Assembly: GCF_055900595.2 (NCBI RefSeq)
Contig: NZ_CM148325.1
Strand: one strand, 5' to 3'
Length of the DNA: 64,000 nucleotides
The position numbers and the translations under genes are program-made. Position 1 is the first letter of the stretch. Every line of letters begins with the position of its first letter. Below are positions 23,943-36,521 of this stretch, piece by piece. The notes below the pieces were generated by a model. That model did no database searches, had not been told where the DNA came from, and was given only the letters and a program-made list of their open reading frames with translations.

Positions 23943-24254
23943 ATGCAGCCAAACGACATCACTTTTTTTCAACGATTCCAGGATGACATTCTGGCTGGGT
24001 GTAAAACCATCACCATCCGCGACGAGTCTGAATCGCACTTCAAAACGGGTGATGTGCTTCGTGTCGGGCGATTTGAAGATGACGGTTATTTTTGCACGAT
24101 TGAAGTCACCGCAACCTCAACCGTAACGCTGGATACACTGACGGAAAAACATGCAGAGCAGGAAAATATGACCCTGACTGATCTGAAAAAGGTCATTGCC
24201 GATATCTATCCCGGCCAGACACAGTTTTATGTGATTGAATTTAAATGCCTTTAA
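23943..24254 (+). CDS. yqfB: ASCH-domain protein YqfB
   Basis: 103-aa [31 protein letters not shown]. Confidence 0.85.
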   Translation: MQPNDITFFQRFQDDILAGCKTITIRDESESHFKTGDVLRVGRFEDDGYFCTIEVTATSTVTLDTLTEKHAEQENMTLTDLKKVIADIYPGQTQFYVIEFKCL

Positions 24255-24414
24255 ATTGAACTCACGCCTGTTAGTTGAAATTTCGCATTTAATTTCATGA
24301 TTTTTCGGAGATTAGTCTCAAATCAGAATTTATTTTAGCTAACAGGTGTTCACTGGAACTATTCTCAGTTACGCTGGAGAGGTATACATGTGCGTGTACG
24401 TTTCTCCGGAGTAA

Positions 24415-25077
<663 letters not shown>

Positions 25078-25088
25078 TTGGTGCGCCG

Positions 25089-25146
25089 TTGTAGGCATGA
25101 TAAGACGCGTCAGCGTCGCATCAGGCGATAAATGCCTGATGCGATA
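25089..25146. repeat. REP element between convergent yqfA and ygfZ
   Basis: gtaggcatgataagacgcgtcagcgtcgcatcaggcg plus a partial second unit gcctgatgcg. Confidence 0.55.
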
Positions 25147-25153
25147 CAGAGAT

Positions 25154-26134
25154 TTACTCTTCCAGCGAATAGGGCAGCGGCTCGATATGCAATGTATTCG
25201 CATCGTCGCGTACGCGGAAGATGCTGTCCGGTTCCATATCGTTATTCATGACGACCTGTACCACTACCTGGCCATCTTCCAGTTTTACCGCAGCCAGCAC
25301 CGTACCGGTACGACGCCAGTTCTCGCCCATTTTCAGCTCTAAATCTTCACCTGCTTCCGGCAGTCGACTGGCGCTACCTGCCAGCAGCCAGAGGGCACGT
25401 TTGTTGGCACCGCGGAATTTAGCTCGTGCCACCATCTCTTGTCCGGTATAGCAGCCTTTTTTAAAGCTGATGCCGCCCAGCGCCTGGAGGTTGGTCGCCT
25501 GTGGGATAAACTGCCCGCTGTTGGCGGCATCAATCACCGGAAAACCCGCTTCAATGTTTAATGCCAGCCACTGTTGGCTATTGTTCAGTTCCGCTTCACC
25601 GCGCAGTTTATCGGTCAGCGTATTGGCGGTAGCTTCATCGGTTACGATCAGGAAACGTTCTGCTGGGTGTTCAAACCATAGCAGGGTAGTCGCACCTTCT
25701 CTGATAACCTGCTTTTCCTTCGAAGGTAATTCACTAAAGAGGTTAGCCAGCGCAGCGCGTGCCTGAAAACCGGCAACACCAAGCAGCACACGTTCATCGT
25801 CTGGCGCGATGGTCACTTTAGAGAACACCGCATATTTTTTCAGTTCAGTCAGTTGCGACTCGCGCACGCTGCGCCGTTCAATCCACGCAAAGCCATCGCC
25901 GTCGCGGAACAGACGTAAATTGCTCCACATTTTACCTTTGGCGTCGCAATGGGCGGCGAGCAGGTGCTGATCTTCTGTCATCTGGCTGACATCTGCTGTC
26001 ACCTGACCCTGCATATATTTTTCGCTGTCCGTGCCAGTAATGGTGGCAAGCGCCCAGTCATCAAGCGTCATCAGCGTCAGCGGTAAACGGGCAGAAGCCG
26101 TAGGCTGACGGGGAGGAAAAGGTGTAAAAGCCAT
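25154..26134 (-). CDS. ygfZ: folate-binding Fe-S cluster repair / tRNA-modifying protein YgfZ
   Basis: ORF 25154..26200; 326 aa beginning [34 protein letters not shown]. Confidence 0.88.
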   Translation of the reverse strand: MAFTPFPPRQPTASARLPLTLMTLDDWALATITGTDSEKYMQGQVTADVSQMTEDQHLLAAHCDAKGKMWSNLRLFRDGDGFAWIERRSVRESQLTELKKYAVFSKVTIAPDDERVLLGVAGFQARAALANLFSELPSKEKQVIREGATTLLWFEHPAERFLIVTDEATANTLTDKLRGEAELNNSQQWLALNIEAGFPVIDAANSGQFIPQATNLQALGGISFKKGCYTGQEMVARAKFRGANKRALWLLAGSASRLPEAGEDLELKMGENWRRTGTVLAAVKLEDGQVVVQVVMNNDMEPDSIFRVRDDANTLHIEPLPYSLEE

Positions 26135-26373
26135 AATGGAGTCCTGTTTTACAAACGGCGTATTTATGACTAATGGTAAAAGAGCTATGAGGCAATGCAA
26201 GTGCTTTCACTACGCGATCTGTGCCTTCTGATATGCTTTGCGAGGCGACTTCCAAAAAAATGAAGCCCTTGAAATATTGTGGGTTAATTTCGCGATCGCG
26301 ATTGTGTTTACTGATATTCCCGCAAAAGAAGTCGAAAAACACGTTACAATAGCCTGGTACTGGATTTTCGTGA

Positions 26374-27040
<667 letters not shown>

Positions 27041-27079
27041 AGATGACGGCAAAGGCTGTGTGCTAAGCCGTCAGTGACA

Positions 27080-27601
27080 TCAGGCGTAATGCTCTGCCAT
27101 TTCGTTGAGGATTTGCTCGCACCAGCTCTGAATACGCTCGTCGCTAAGGTCATACTGGTTAGTTTCGTCCAGTGCCAGACCCACGAACAGTTGCCCGTCA
27201 GCAATCACCGGTTTCGGGCTGGTAAACTCATATCCTTCCGTTGGCCAGTAGCCGACGAACTTCACGCCTTTGGTCGAGAGTTTGTCATGCAGCATGCCGA
27301 GCGCATCGAGGAACCACTCGCCATACCCCAGTTGATCGCCAAGCCCATACAGCGCAACAATTTTACCTTCGAGATTCAGGTCGTCGAGCTGATCCCAGAC
27401 GGCTTCCCAGTCTTCCTGGATTTCGCCAAAATCCCAGGTCGGGATACCCAGAATGAGCACATCGTACTGCTCCATTAATTTCGGGGAGTCGTCCTTGAGG
27501 TTATGTAAGGTCACCAGTTCTGGGCCGATAATATCGCGGATTTTTTCTGCCGCCATTTCGGTATAACAGGTGCTGGAACCATAAAAAAGACCCATATTCA
27601 T
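27080..27601 (-). CDS. fldB: flavodoxin 2
   Basis: 173-aa [26 protein letters not shown]. Confidence 0.9.
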
Positions 27602-27712
27602 AACGTAAGCTTCTCGATTCTGCTGTGGCTTTTGCGGCTAGTGTATCAGAATCGCTTTAGTCACGGCACAATAAGGCATAATGGATCAAATGAGTGACCA
27701 TAAGGGGCGCAA

Positions 27713-28609
27713 GTGAAACAGGATCTGGCACGCATCGAGCAGTTTCTTGATGCTCTGTGGCTGGAAAAAAATCTGGCTGAAAATACGTTGAACGCATACC
27801 GTCGCGATCTGTCAATGATGGTGGAGTGGTTGCATCACCGCGGGTTGACGCTGGCGACGGCGCAAAGTGACGATTTGCAGGCATTACTGGCAGAACGGCT
27901 GGAGGGTGGGTATAAAGCCACCAGCTCAGCGCGTTTGCTGAGTGCAGTGCGCCGATTGTTCCAGTATCTTTATCGCGAAAAGTTTCGTGAAGACGATCCC
28001 AGCGCGCATCTCGCTTCGCCGAAATTGCCCCAGCGTTTGCCAAAAGATTTAAGCGAAGCGCAGGTCGAACGATTATTACAGGCACCATTAATTGATCAGC
28101 CACTGGAGCTGCGCGATAAAGCCATGCTTGAAGTGTTGTATGCTACCGGGCTGCGAGTCTCTGAACTGGTCGGGCTGACAATGAGTGATATCAGCCTGCG
28201 TCAGGGCGTAGTGCGGGTCATTGGTAAAGGCAACAAAGAACGCCTTGTGCCGTTAGGTGAAGAGGCGGTTTACTGGCTGGAAACTTATCTGGAACACGGG
28301 CGACCGTGGTTGCTAAACGGTGTGTCAATTGACGTGTTGTTTCCCAGCCAGCGCGCGCAGCAGATGACGAGACAAACCTTCTGGCACCGCATTAAACATT
28401 ATGCTGTGCTGGCGGGGATCGACAGCGAAAAGTTGTCACCGCATGTGTTGCGTCACGCCTTTGCCACTCATTTATTAAATCATGGTGCGGATTTACGCGT
28501 GGTTCAGATGCTACTGGGCCACAGCGATCTCTCTACCACGCAAATTTATACGCATGTCGCTACCGAGCGTCTGCGGCAACTTCATCAACAGCATCACCCG
28601 CGGGCGTGA
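27713..28609 (+). CDS. xerD: site-specific tyrosine recombinase XerD
   Basis: 298-aa ORF MKQDLARIEQFLDALWLEKNLAENTLNAYRRDL with the C-terminal catalytic motif HVLRHAFATHLL ... Y. Confidence 0.93.
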   Translation: MKQDLARIEQFLDALWLEKNLAENTLNAYRRDLSMMVEWLHHRGLTLATAQSDDLQALLAERLEGGYKATSSARLLSAVRRLFQYLYREKFREDDPSAHLASPKLPQRLPKDLSEAQVERLLQAPLIDQPLELRDKAMLEVLYATGLRVSELVGLTMSDISLRQGVVRVIGKGNKERLVPLGEEAVYWLETYLEHGRPWLLNGVSIDVLFPSQRAQQMTRQTFWHRIKHYAVLAGIDSEKLSPHVLRHAFATHLLNHGADLRVVQMLLGHSDLSTTQIYTHVATERLRQLHQQHHPRA

Positions 28610-28633
28610 TGTCTGAAAAGAACGGGAAGATTT

Positions 28634-29344
28634 ATGAAGAAAGGTTTTATGTTATTTACGTTGTTGGCGGCGTTTTCAGGCTTTGCTCAGGCGGATGACG
28701 CGGCAATTCAACAAACGTTAGCCAAAATGGGCATCAAAAGCAGTGATATTCAGCCTGCGCCCGTGGCTGGTATGAAGACAGTTCTGACTAACAGCGGTGT
28801 GTTGTACATCACTGATGATGGTAAACATATCATTCAGGGACCAATGTATGACGTTAGCGGAACGACTCCGGTCAATGTCACTAATAAGATGTTGTTAAAG
28901 CAGCTGAACGCGCTTGAAAACGAGATGATCGTTTATAAAGCGCCGCAGGAAAAACACGTCATTACCGTGTTTACTGATATTACCTGTGGTTACTGCCACA
29001 AACTGCATGAGCAAATGGCAGACTACAACGCGCTGGGGATCACCGTGCGTTATCTTGCTTTCCCGCGCCAGGGGCTGGAGAGCCAGGCTGAGCAACAAAT
29101 GAAAGCCATCTGGTGTGCGAAAGATAAAAAGAAAGCATTTGATGATGTGATGGCGGGTAAAGCTGCCACTCCGGCAAGTTGCGATATCGATATTGCCGAT
29201 CATTACGCACTTGGCGTCCAGCTTGGCGTTAGTGGCACTCCGGCAATTGTGCTGAGCAATGGCACACTTGTTCCGGGTTACCAGCCGCCGAAAGAGATGA
29301 AAGAATTCCTCGACGAACACCAAAAAATGACCAGCGGTAAATAA
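28634..29344 (+). CDS. dsbC: periplasmic disulfide isomerase DsbC
   Basis: 236-aa ORF with a signal peptide and the CGYC active site. Confidence 0.93.
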   Translation: MKKGFMLFTLLAAFSGFAQADDAAIQQTLAKMGIKSSDIQPAPVAGMKTVLTNSGVLYITDDGKHIIQGPMYDVSGTTPVNVTNKMLLKQLNALENEMIVYKAPQEKHVITVFTDITCGYCHKLHEQMADYNALGITVRYLAFPRQGLESQAEQQMKAIWCAKDKKKAFDDVMAGKAATPASCDIDIADHYALGVQLGVSGTPAIVLSNGTLVPGYQPPKEMKEFLDEHQKMTSGK

Positions 29345-29349
29345 TTCGC

Positions 29350-31083
29350 GTGAAACAACAGATACAACTTCGTCGCCGTGAAGTCGATGAAACGGCAGAC
29401 TTGCCCGCTGAATTGCCTCCCTTGCTGCGCCGTTTATATGCCAGCCGGGGAGTACGCAGTGCGCAAGAACTGGAACGTAGTGTAAAAGGTATGCTGCCCT
29501 GGCAGCAACTGAGCGGCGTCGAAAAGGCCGTTGAGATCCTTTACAACGCTTTTCGCGAAGGAACGCGGATTATGGTGGTCGGTGACTTCGACGCCGACGG
29601 TGCCACCAGCACGGCTCTAAGCGTGCTGGCGATGCGCTCGCTTGGTTGCAGCAATATCGACTACCTGGTACCAAACCGGTTCGAAGACGGTTACGGCTTA
29701 AGCCCGGAAGTGGTTGATCAGGCCCATGCCCGTGGCGCGCAGTTAATTGTCACGGTGGATAACGGTATTTCCTCCCATGCGGGGGTTGAACACGCTCGCT
29801 CGTTGGGCATTCCGGTTATTGTTACCGATCACCATTTGCCGGGCGAAACATTACCCGCGGCGGAAGCGATCATTAACCCTAACTTGCGCGACTGCAATTT
29901 CCCGTCGAAATCACTGGCAGGCGTGGGGGTGGCGTTTTATTTAATGCTGGCGCTGCGCACCTTTTTGCGTGATCAGGGCTGGTTTGATGAGCGTGGTATC
30001 GCAATTCCTAACCTGGCAGAACTGCTGGATCTGGTCGCATTGGGGACAGTGGCAGACGTCGTGCCGCTGGATGCTAATAATCGCATTCTGACCTGGCAGG
30101 GGATGAGTCGCATCCGTGCCGGAAAGTGCCGTCCAGGGATTAAAGCGCTGCTGGAAGTGGCCAACCGCGATGCGCAAAAACTCGCCGCCAGCGATTTAGG
30201 TTTTGCGCTGGGGCCACGTCTCAATGCTGCCGGGCGACTGGATGATATGTCCGTTGGTGTGGCGCTGTTGCTGTGCGACAACATCGGCGAAGCGCGCGTA
30301 CTGGCAAATGAACTCGATGCGCTAAACCAGACGCGAAAAGAGATCGAACAGGGAATGCAGGTTGAAGCCCTGACCCTGTGCGAGAAACTGGAGCGCAGCC
30401 GCGAGACACTACCCGGCGGGCTGGCAATGTATCACCCGGAATGGCATCAGGGCGTGGTTGGTATTCTGGCTTCGCGTATTAAAGAGCGTTTTCACCGTCC
30501 GGTTATCGCTTTTGCGCCTGCGGGTGACGGTACGCTGAAAGGTTCCGGTCGCTCCATTCAGGGGCTGCATATGCGTGATGCGCTGGAGCGGCTAGACACA
30601 CTCTACCCCGGCATGATGCTGAAATTTGGCGGTCATGCGATGGCGGCAGGCCTGTCGCTGGAAGAGGATAAATTCGAACTCTTTCAGCAACGGTTTGGCG
30701 AACTGGTTACTGAGTGGCTGGACCCTTCGCTATTGCAAGGCGAAGTGGTGTCAGACGGTCCGCTAAGCCCAGCCGAAATGACCATGGAAGTGGCGCAGCT
30801 GCTGCGCGATGCTGGCCCGTGGGGGCAGATGTTCCCGGAGCCGCTGTTTGACGGTCATTTCCGTCTGCTGCAACAGCGACTGGTGGGTGAACGTCATTTG
30901 AAAGTCATGGTCGAACCGGTCGGCGGCGGTCCGCTGCTGGACGGTATTGCTTTTAATGTCGATACCGCCCTCTGGCCGGATAATGGCGTGCGCGAAGTGC
31001 AACTGGCTTACAAGCTGGATATCAACGAGTTTCGTGGCAACCGCAGCCTGCAAATTATCATCGACAATATCTGGCCAATTTAG
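29350..31083 (+). CDS. recJ: single-stranded-DNA-specific exonuclease RecJ
   Basis: 577-aa ORF with GTG start and DHH motifs. Confidence 0.93.
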   Translation: MKQQIQLRRREVDETADLPAELPPLLRRLYASRGVRSAQELERSVKGMLPWQQLSGVEKAVEILYNAFREGTRIMVVGDFDADGATSTALSVLAMRSLGCSNIDYLVPNRFEDGYGLSPEVVDQAHARGAQLIVTVDNGISSHAGVEHARSLGIPVIVTDHHLPGETLPAAEAIINPNLRDCNFPSKSLAGVGVAFYLMLALRTFLRDQGWFDERGIAIPNLAELLDLVALGTVADVVPLDANNRILTWQGMSRIRAGKCRPGIKALLEVANRDAQKLAASDLGFALGPRLNAAGRLDDMSVGVALLLCDNIGEARVLANELDALNQTRKEIEQGMQVEALTLCEKLERSRETLPGGLAMYHPEWHQGVVGILASRIKERFHRPVIAFAPAGDGTLKGSGRSIQGLHMRDALERLDTLYPGMMLKFGGHAMAAGLSLEEDKFELFQQRFGELVTEWLDPSLLQGEVVSDGPLSPAEMTMEVAQLLRDAGPWGQMFPEPLFDGHFRLLQQRLVGERHLKVMVEPVGGGPLLDGIAFNVDTALWPDNGVREVQLAYKLDINEFRGNRSLQIIIDNIWPI

Positions 31084-31173
31084 CGTCATATTATCTATAA
31101 AAAAGAGCGTGGATTCGGTACAATCCCGCTCTTATCACCGCATTTTGACTAGCTCAATAAAAGAAATCAGACC

Positions 31174-32272
31174 ATGTTTGAAATTAATCCGGTAAATAAT
31201 CGCATTCAGGACCTCACGGAACGCTCCGACGTTCTTAGGGGGTATCTTTGACTACGACGCCAAGAAAGAGCGTCTGGAAGAAGTAAACGCCGAGCTGGAA
31301 CAGCCGGATGTCTGGAACGAACCCGAACGCGCACAGGCGCTGGGTAAAGAGCGTTCCTCCCTCGAAGCCGTTGTCGACACCCTCGACCAAATGAAACAGG
31401 GGCTGGAAGATGTTTCTGGTCTGCTGGAGCTGGCTGTAGAAGCTGACGACGAAGAAACCTTTAACGAAGCCGTTACTGAACTCGACGCCCTGGAAGAAAA
31501 ACTGGCGCAGCTTGAGTTCCGTCGTATGTTCTCTGGCGAATATGATAGCGCCGACTGCTACCTCGATATTCAGGCAGGTTCTGGCGGTACGGAAGCACAG
31601 GACTGGGCGAGCATGCTTGAGCGTATGTATCTGCGCTGGGCTGAATCGCGTGGTTTCAAAACTGAAATCATCGAAGAGTCGGAAGGTGAAGTGGCGGGTA
31701 TTAAATCCGTGACTATCAAAATCTCCGGCGATTACGCTTACGGCTGGCTGCGTACTGAAACCGGCGTTCACCGCCTGGTGCGCAAGAGCCCGTTTGACTC
31801 CGGCGGTCGTCGCCACACGTCGTTCAGCTCCGCGTTTGTTTACCCGGAAGTCGATGATGATATCGATATCGAAATCAATCCGGCGGATCTGCGCATCGAC
31901 GTTTATCGCGCATCCGGCGCGGGTGGTCAGCACGTTAACCGTACCGAATCTGCGGTGCGTATTACTCACATCCCAACCGGGATTGTGACCCAATGCCAGA
32001 ACGACCGTTCCCAGCACAAGAACAAAGACCAGGCCATGAAGCAGATGAAAGCGAAGCTTTATGAACTGGAGATGCAGAAGAAAAATGCCGAGAAACAGGC
32101 GATGGAAGATAACAAATCTGACATCGGCTGGGGCAGCCAGATTCGTTCTTATGTCCTTGATGACTCCCGCATTAAAGATCTGCGTACCGGGGTAGAAACT
32201 CGTAACACGCAGGCAGTGCTGGACGGCAGCCTGGATCAATTTATCGAAGCAAGTTTGAAAGCAGGGTTATGA
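31174..32272 (+). CDS. prfB: peptide chain release factor 2, needing a programmed +1 frameshift (codons 1-25 at 31174..31248, then 31250..32272)
   Basis: ATG at 31174 encodes [25 protein letters not shown], then in-frame TGA at 31249-31251 within cttAGGGGGtatCTTTGAC; the +1 frame continues [12 protein letters not shown]... through the GGQ motif to the stop at 32272 (365 aa total). Confidence 0.9.
31237..31252 (+). other. prfB: prfB autoregulatory +1 frameshift site (internal Shine-Dalgarno AGGGGG plus CUU UGA C slippery stop)
   Basis: Sequence AGGGGGTATCTTTGAC read directly. Confidence 0.9.
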
Positions 32273-32281
32273 GGAACCAAC

Positions 32282-33799
32282 ATGTCTGAACAACACGCAC
32301 AGGGCGCTGACGCGGTAGTCGATCTTAACAATGAACTGAAAACGCGTCGTGAGAAGCTGGCGAACCTGCGTGAGCAGGGGATTGCCTTCCCGAACGATTT
32401 CCGTCGCGATCATACCTCTGACCAATTGCACGCAGAATTCGACGGCAAAGAAAACGAAGAACTGGAAGCGCTGAACATCGAAGTTGCCGTTGCTGGCCGC
32501 ATGATGACCCGCCGTATTATGGGTAAAGCGTCTTTCGTTACCCTGCAGGATGTGGGGGGCCGCATTCAGCTGTACGTTGCTCGTGACGATCTGCCGGAAG
32601 GCGTTTACAACGAGCAGTTCAAAAAATGGGACCTCGGCGATATCCTCGGCGCGAAAGGTAAACTGTTCAAAACCAAAACCGGCGAACTGTCTATCCACTG
32701 CACCGAGCTGCGTCTGCTGACCAAAGCACTGCGTCCGCTGCCGGACAAATTCCACGGTTTGCAGGATCAGGAAGCGCGCTATCGTCAGCGTTATCTGGAT
32801 CTCATTTCTAACGATGAATCCCGCAACACCTTTAAAGTGCGTTCGCAGATCCTCTCTGGCATTCGCCAGTTCATGGTGAATCGTGGCTTTATGGAAGTTG
32901 AAACGCCGATGATGCAGGTGATCCCAGGCGGCGCGGCGGCGCGTCCGTTTATCACCCATCACAATGCGCTGGATCTCGACATGTACTTGCGTATCGCGCC
33001 GGAACTGTACCTCAAGCGTCTGGTGGTTGGTGGCTTCGAGCGTGTATTCGAAATCAACCGTAACTTCCGTAACGAAGGTATCTCCGTACGTCATAACCCA
33101 GAGTTCACCATGATGGAACTCTATATGGCTTACGCTGATTACAAAGATCTGATCGAGCTGACCGAATCGCTGTTCCGTACTCTGGCACAGGATATTCTCG
33201 GTAAGACCGAAGTGACCTACGGCGACGTGACGCTGGACTTCGGTAAACCGTTCGAAAAACTGACCATGCGTGAAGCGATCAAGAAATATCGCCCGGAAAC
33301 CGACATGGCGGATCTGGACAACTTCGACTCTGCGAAAGCGATTGCTGAATCTATCGGCATCCACGTTGAGAAGAGCTGGGGTCTGGGCCGTATCGTTACC
33401 GAGATCTTCGAAGAAGTGGCAGAAGCACATCTGATCCAGCCGACCTTCATTACTGAATATCCGGCAGAAGTTTCTCCGCTGGCGCGTCGTAACGACGTTA
33501 ACCCGGAAATCACTGACCGCTTTGAGTTCTTCATTGGTGGTCGTGAAATCGGTAACGGCTTTAGCGAGTTGAATGACGCGGAAGATCAGGCGCAGCGCTT
33601 CCTGGATCAGGTTGCCGCGAAAGACGCAGGCGACGACGAAGCGATGTTCTACGACGAAGATTACGTCACCGCACTGGAACACGGCTTACCGCCGACAGCA
33701 GGTCTGGGAATTGGTATCGACCGTATGGTAATGCTGTTCACCAACAGCCATACCATCCGCGACGTTATTCTGTTCCCGGCGATGCGTCCGGTGAAATAA
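32282..33799 (+). CDS. lysS: lysyl-tRNA synthetase (constitutive)
   Basis: 505-aa [36 protein letters not shown]. Confidence 0.93.
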
Positions 33800-33817
33800 G
33801 CATTACGTTATGCTCAC

Positions 33818-33845
33818 AACCCCGGCAAATGTCGGGGTTTTTTAT
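33818..33845 (+). terminator. rho-independent terminator of prfB-lysS
   Basis: aaccccggcaaatgtcgggg followed by ttttttatt; overlaps the idi stop codon (convergent). Confidence 0.65.
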
Positions 33846-34390
33846 TTAAGCTGGGTAAATGCAGATAATCGTTTTCTGGCTTCGCGATTTGTCGCCTGCA
33901 TCACCATCCACGGACTGAACGCCCACGGCGTGGCATCAATACCGCGTAAAACCGCTGCTAAATCACACCATTGATAATCCATCACTTCATCATCGTTGAT
34001 CTGTAACGCACTGGTCGTGCGTGCGGCAAATACCGGACATACTTCATTTTCTACAATGCCATTCGGATCGGTGGCGCGATAGCGAAAGTCAGGATAGATA
34101 GATTCAGGAGGTGTAATTTCCACGCCAAGCTCATAACGGCAACGGCGGATCACCGCGTCTTCGTTGCTTTCTCCCAGTTGTGGGTGCCCACAAACCGAGT
34201 TAGTCCACACGCCCGGCCATGCTTTTTTGCTAAGGGCGCGGCGGGTAACTAATAATTGCCCTTTGGCATTAAACAGCCAGCAGGAGAACGCGAGATGTAA
34301 GAGAGTGTCTGCCGTGTGTGCGGCATACTTTTCCAGCGTACCCGTGGGAACTCCCTGTGCATTCAATAAAATGACGTGTTCCGTTTGCAT
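33842..34390 (-). CDS. idi: isopentenyl-diphosphate delta-isomerase
   Basis: 182-aa Nudix-fold [28 protein letters not shown]. Confidence 0.9.
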   Translation of the reverse strand: MQTEHVILLNAQGVPTGTLEKYAAHTADTLLHLAFSCWLFNAKGQLLVTRRALSKKAWPGVWTNSVCGHPQLGESNEDAVIRRCRYELGVEITPPESIYPDFRYRATDPNGIVENEVCPVFAARTTSALQINDDEVMDYQWCDLAAVLRGIDATPWAFSPWMVMQATNREARKRLSAFTQLK

Positions 34391-34638
34391 AATTTCTCAC
34401 ATGTAATTCTAATCACTCATCATTATAGATAATTGAAGAGTGAAATGATTAACCAAGTGAGCGTTTATCGACAACCGCCCGTTTTGAGCGGATGTCGACA
34501 GGTAAAACCATTTAAAAAAGCAGCATCATATATTTGAAGCGACTTTCAATGGCCATTGCAACACAGTCAGAAATGACAGGAATAGAGAGAGTAAAAAGCA
34601 ACAACAGACTGAATATAGCGCGCATTAAAAGATTCATA

Positions 34639-36087
34639 TTATTCTCCATGCTCATTTTTCTTCAGCTTGCGCATCAGAAGCCACATACGTACTGTCCTGA
34701 CTTTTAAATTTTTATCAGAGACGGATTCCTTCACCAGATCAGCATGATGCTGATAGCCATTAAAGAAGACGTTCAGCACAACGGCGCTAAGGGTTGCGAG
34801 CATAATGCCGCTATGCAGCAACGGTTGCAGTACGGCCGGTAACTTAGAAAAGAAATCGTGAGAGAGCGTCGGAGTCATGCCAACGCCGAGACTGATCGCC
34901 ACAATATAGAGGTTGTAACGGTTAGTGGTGTAGTTACAGCGCGACAGAATTCGAATCCCCGTCGCCAGTACCATGCCGAACATCACCAGCCCTGCGCCGC
35001 CAAGCACAAATTGCGGAATCGAGGCTACCAGCACCGCCATTTTGGGCACCATGCCAAACATGATTAATATGATCCCCGAAGAAATACACACCCAGCGACT
35101 ATGAACGCGAGTCACGCTAACCAGGCCAACGTTTTGAGAAAATGACGTGTGGGGGAAGCTGTTAAACGTTCCGCCTATCATTGTCCCTACACCATCGACA
35201 CGCAGCCCGCGAATAATATCGTGCGAAGAGAGTTTACGACCGACTATTTCACCCAGTGCCAGGAACATCCCCATCGACTCGATAAACACGATGATTAACA
35301 CAGCGGTCATGGTTAGAATAGAAACGGGGTCAAATACCGGCATACCAAACGACATTGGGGTGACAATCGCAAACCACGAAGCATCATGTAGCCCGGACAA
35401 ATTGACTTCATTCATCATCCACGAAAGTAAAAAGCCAAATACAATCCCCAGTAATACGGCGACGTTGGACATAAATCCTTTCGCATAGCGAGTAATGAGC
35501 AAGATAAAAATTAAGACGGCAAAGGAGATACCTAAATAAACGGGATTACCATATTGCGGATTCCCTTTACCTCCAGCGGCCCAGTCAATACCGACCTGAA
35601 TAATGCTAAGCCCGATAGAAGTAATAACCACACCGGTAACCAGTGGCGGGAATAAAGGCATTAAGCGACCGATAAGTGGTGCTAATAATGTGGTGATAAA
35701 TCCCGCGGCGATAGTGGCACCAAATATCCCCAGCAGGCCGATATCCGGGTTCATGCCAATGGCTATCATTGGTGTTACAGCAGCAAAGGTTACCGACATA
35801 ATCACCGGCAGACGGATCCCCATAAAGCGGCCGATACCGATACATTGTAATAATGTGACGATCCCGCAGCAAAAGAGATCCGAGCTAATGAGCATCGCAA
35901 TAGCTTCTTTTGAGAGGCCCAGTCGGTCACCAATCATAAGAGGAACAGCGACTGCACCTGCGTACATTACAAGGACGTGTTGCAGACCGAGTATGATCAG
36001 CTTTCCTGGTGATAATATGCGGTCAACCTCATCAGTTGGGCGGTCTTGCCCTGAAGATGAGGGAAGTTGGGAATCTATGGCGCTCAT
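34639..36087 (-). CDS. uacT: uric acid transporter (NCS2/NAT family)
   Basis: ORF 34639..36216; 482 aa beginning MSAIDSQLPSSSGQDRP; polytopic. Confidence 0.88.
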   Translation of the reverse strand: MSAIDSQLPSSSGQDRPTDEVDRILSPGKLIILGLQHVLVMYAGAVAVPLMIGDRLGLSKEAIAMLISSDLFCCGIVTLLQCIGIGRFMGIRLPVIMSVTFAAVTPMIAIGMNPDIGLLGIFGATIAAGFITTLLAPLIGRLMPLFPPLVTGVVITSIGLSIIQVGIDWAAGGKGNPQYGNPVYLGISFAVLIFILLITRYAKGFMSNVAVLLGIVFGFLLSWMMNEVNLSGLHDASWFAIVTPMSFGMPVFDPVSILTMTAVLIIVFIESMGMFLALGEIVGRKLSSHDIIRGLRVDGVGTMIGGTFNSFPHTSFSQNVGLVSVTRVHSRWVCISSGIILIMFGMVPKMAVLVASIPQFVLGGAGLVMFGMVLATGIRILSRCNYTTNRYNLYIVAISLGVGMTPTLSHDFFSKLPAVLQPLLHSGIMLATLSAVVLNVFFNGYQHHADLVKESVSDKNLKVRTVRMWLLMRKLKKNEHGE

Positions 36088-36521
36088 CAGTGTTTCTCCT
36101 TTCGCCCGCCAGAGTAAAAAGCAACCGTTTACGTTATTGAAACTGTCTAAACATATGCTCGTGGAGTGCCAGTTTTTGCGAGGAAGGGGAGTTAGAGACA
36201 GGAATTGCGGAGGCAATCACATAATCGTGGTTAAACCACGAAAATGAGAAGAGAACCTGACAATGGAATTATCTGTAATTTTCTCATATTGATATTTCAT
36301 TAATCATTCTGGCATGTCGCACTCTCGCATTTAATCGTTTTTATCTGGATAGCGCTCTTTTGGTCGGCAATGTTGAAATAATGAAAGCGGCACAGATTGA
36401 GGGGTAATAATTTGAACTTAGTCACAAACTTATAATTAAAAAGTCATTCTACCTAATATATGCCCGTTTATTGCATCGCGAACTTTGAGAAGACATAACT
36501 CATTAAATGAAAGGGATGCAA

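Noticed and set aside
24269-24349. 8-bp inverted repeat (cctgttag ... ctaacagg) spanning about 80 bp in the yqfB-yqfA spacer
   Set aside because: Arms too short and too far apart to call a structured RNA or binding site without conservation data.
27713-28609. Tyrosine recombinase as a possible prophage or integron integrase
   Set aside because: The sequence is the chromosomal dimer-resolution recombinase XerD in its usual xerD-dsbC-recJ context; no att sites, phage genes or cassettes are adjacent.
31235-33682. Long minus-strand ORFs (31235..32239 and 32267..33682) opposite prfB and lysS
   Set aside because: Antisense to two essential, well-matched genes; no plausible ribosome-binding sites or domains.
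36330-36350. TGGCAT...GCA motif in the uacT-ygfT spacer resembling a sigma54 -24 element
   Set aside because: GG-to-GC spacing is wrong (8 or 16 nt rather than 10), so it does not fit the -24/-12 geometry.
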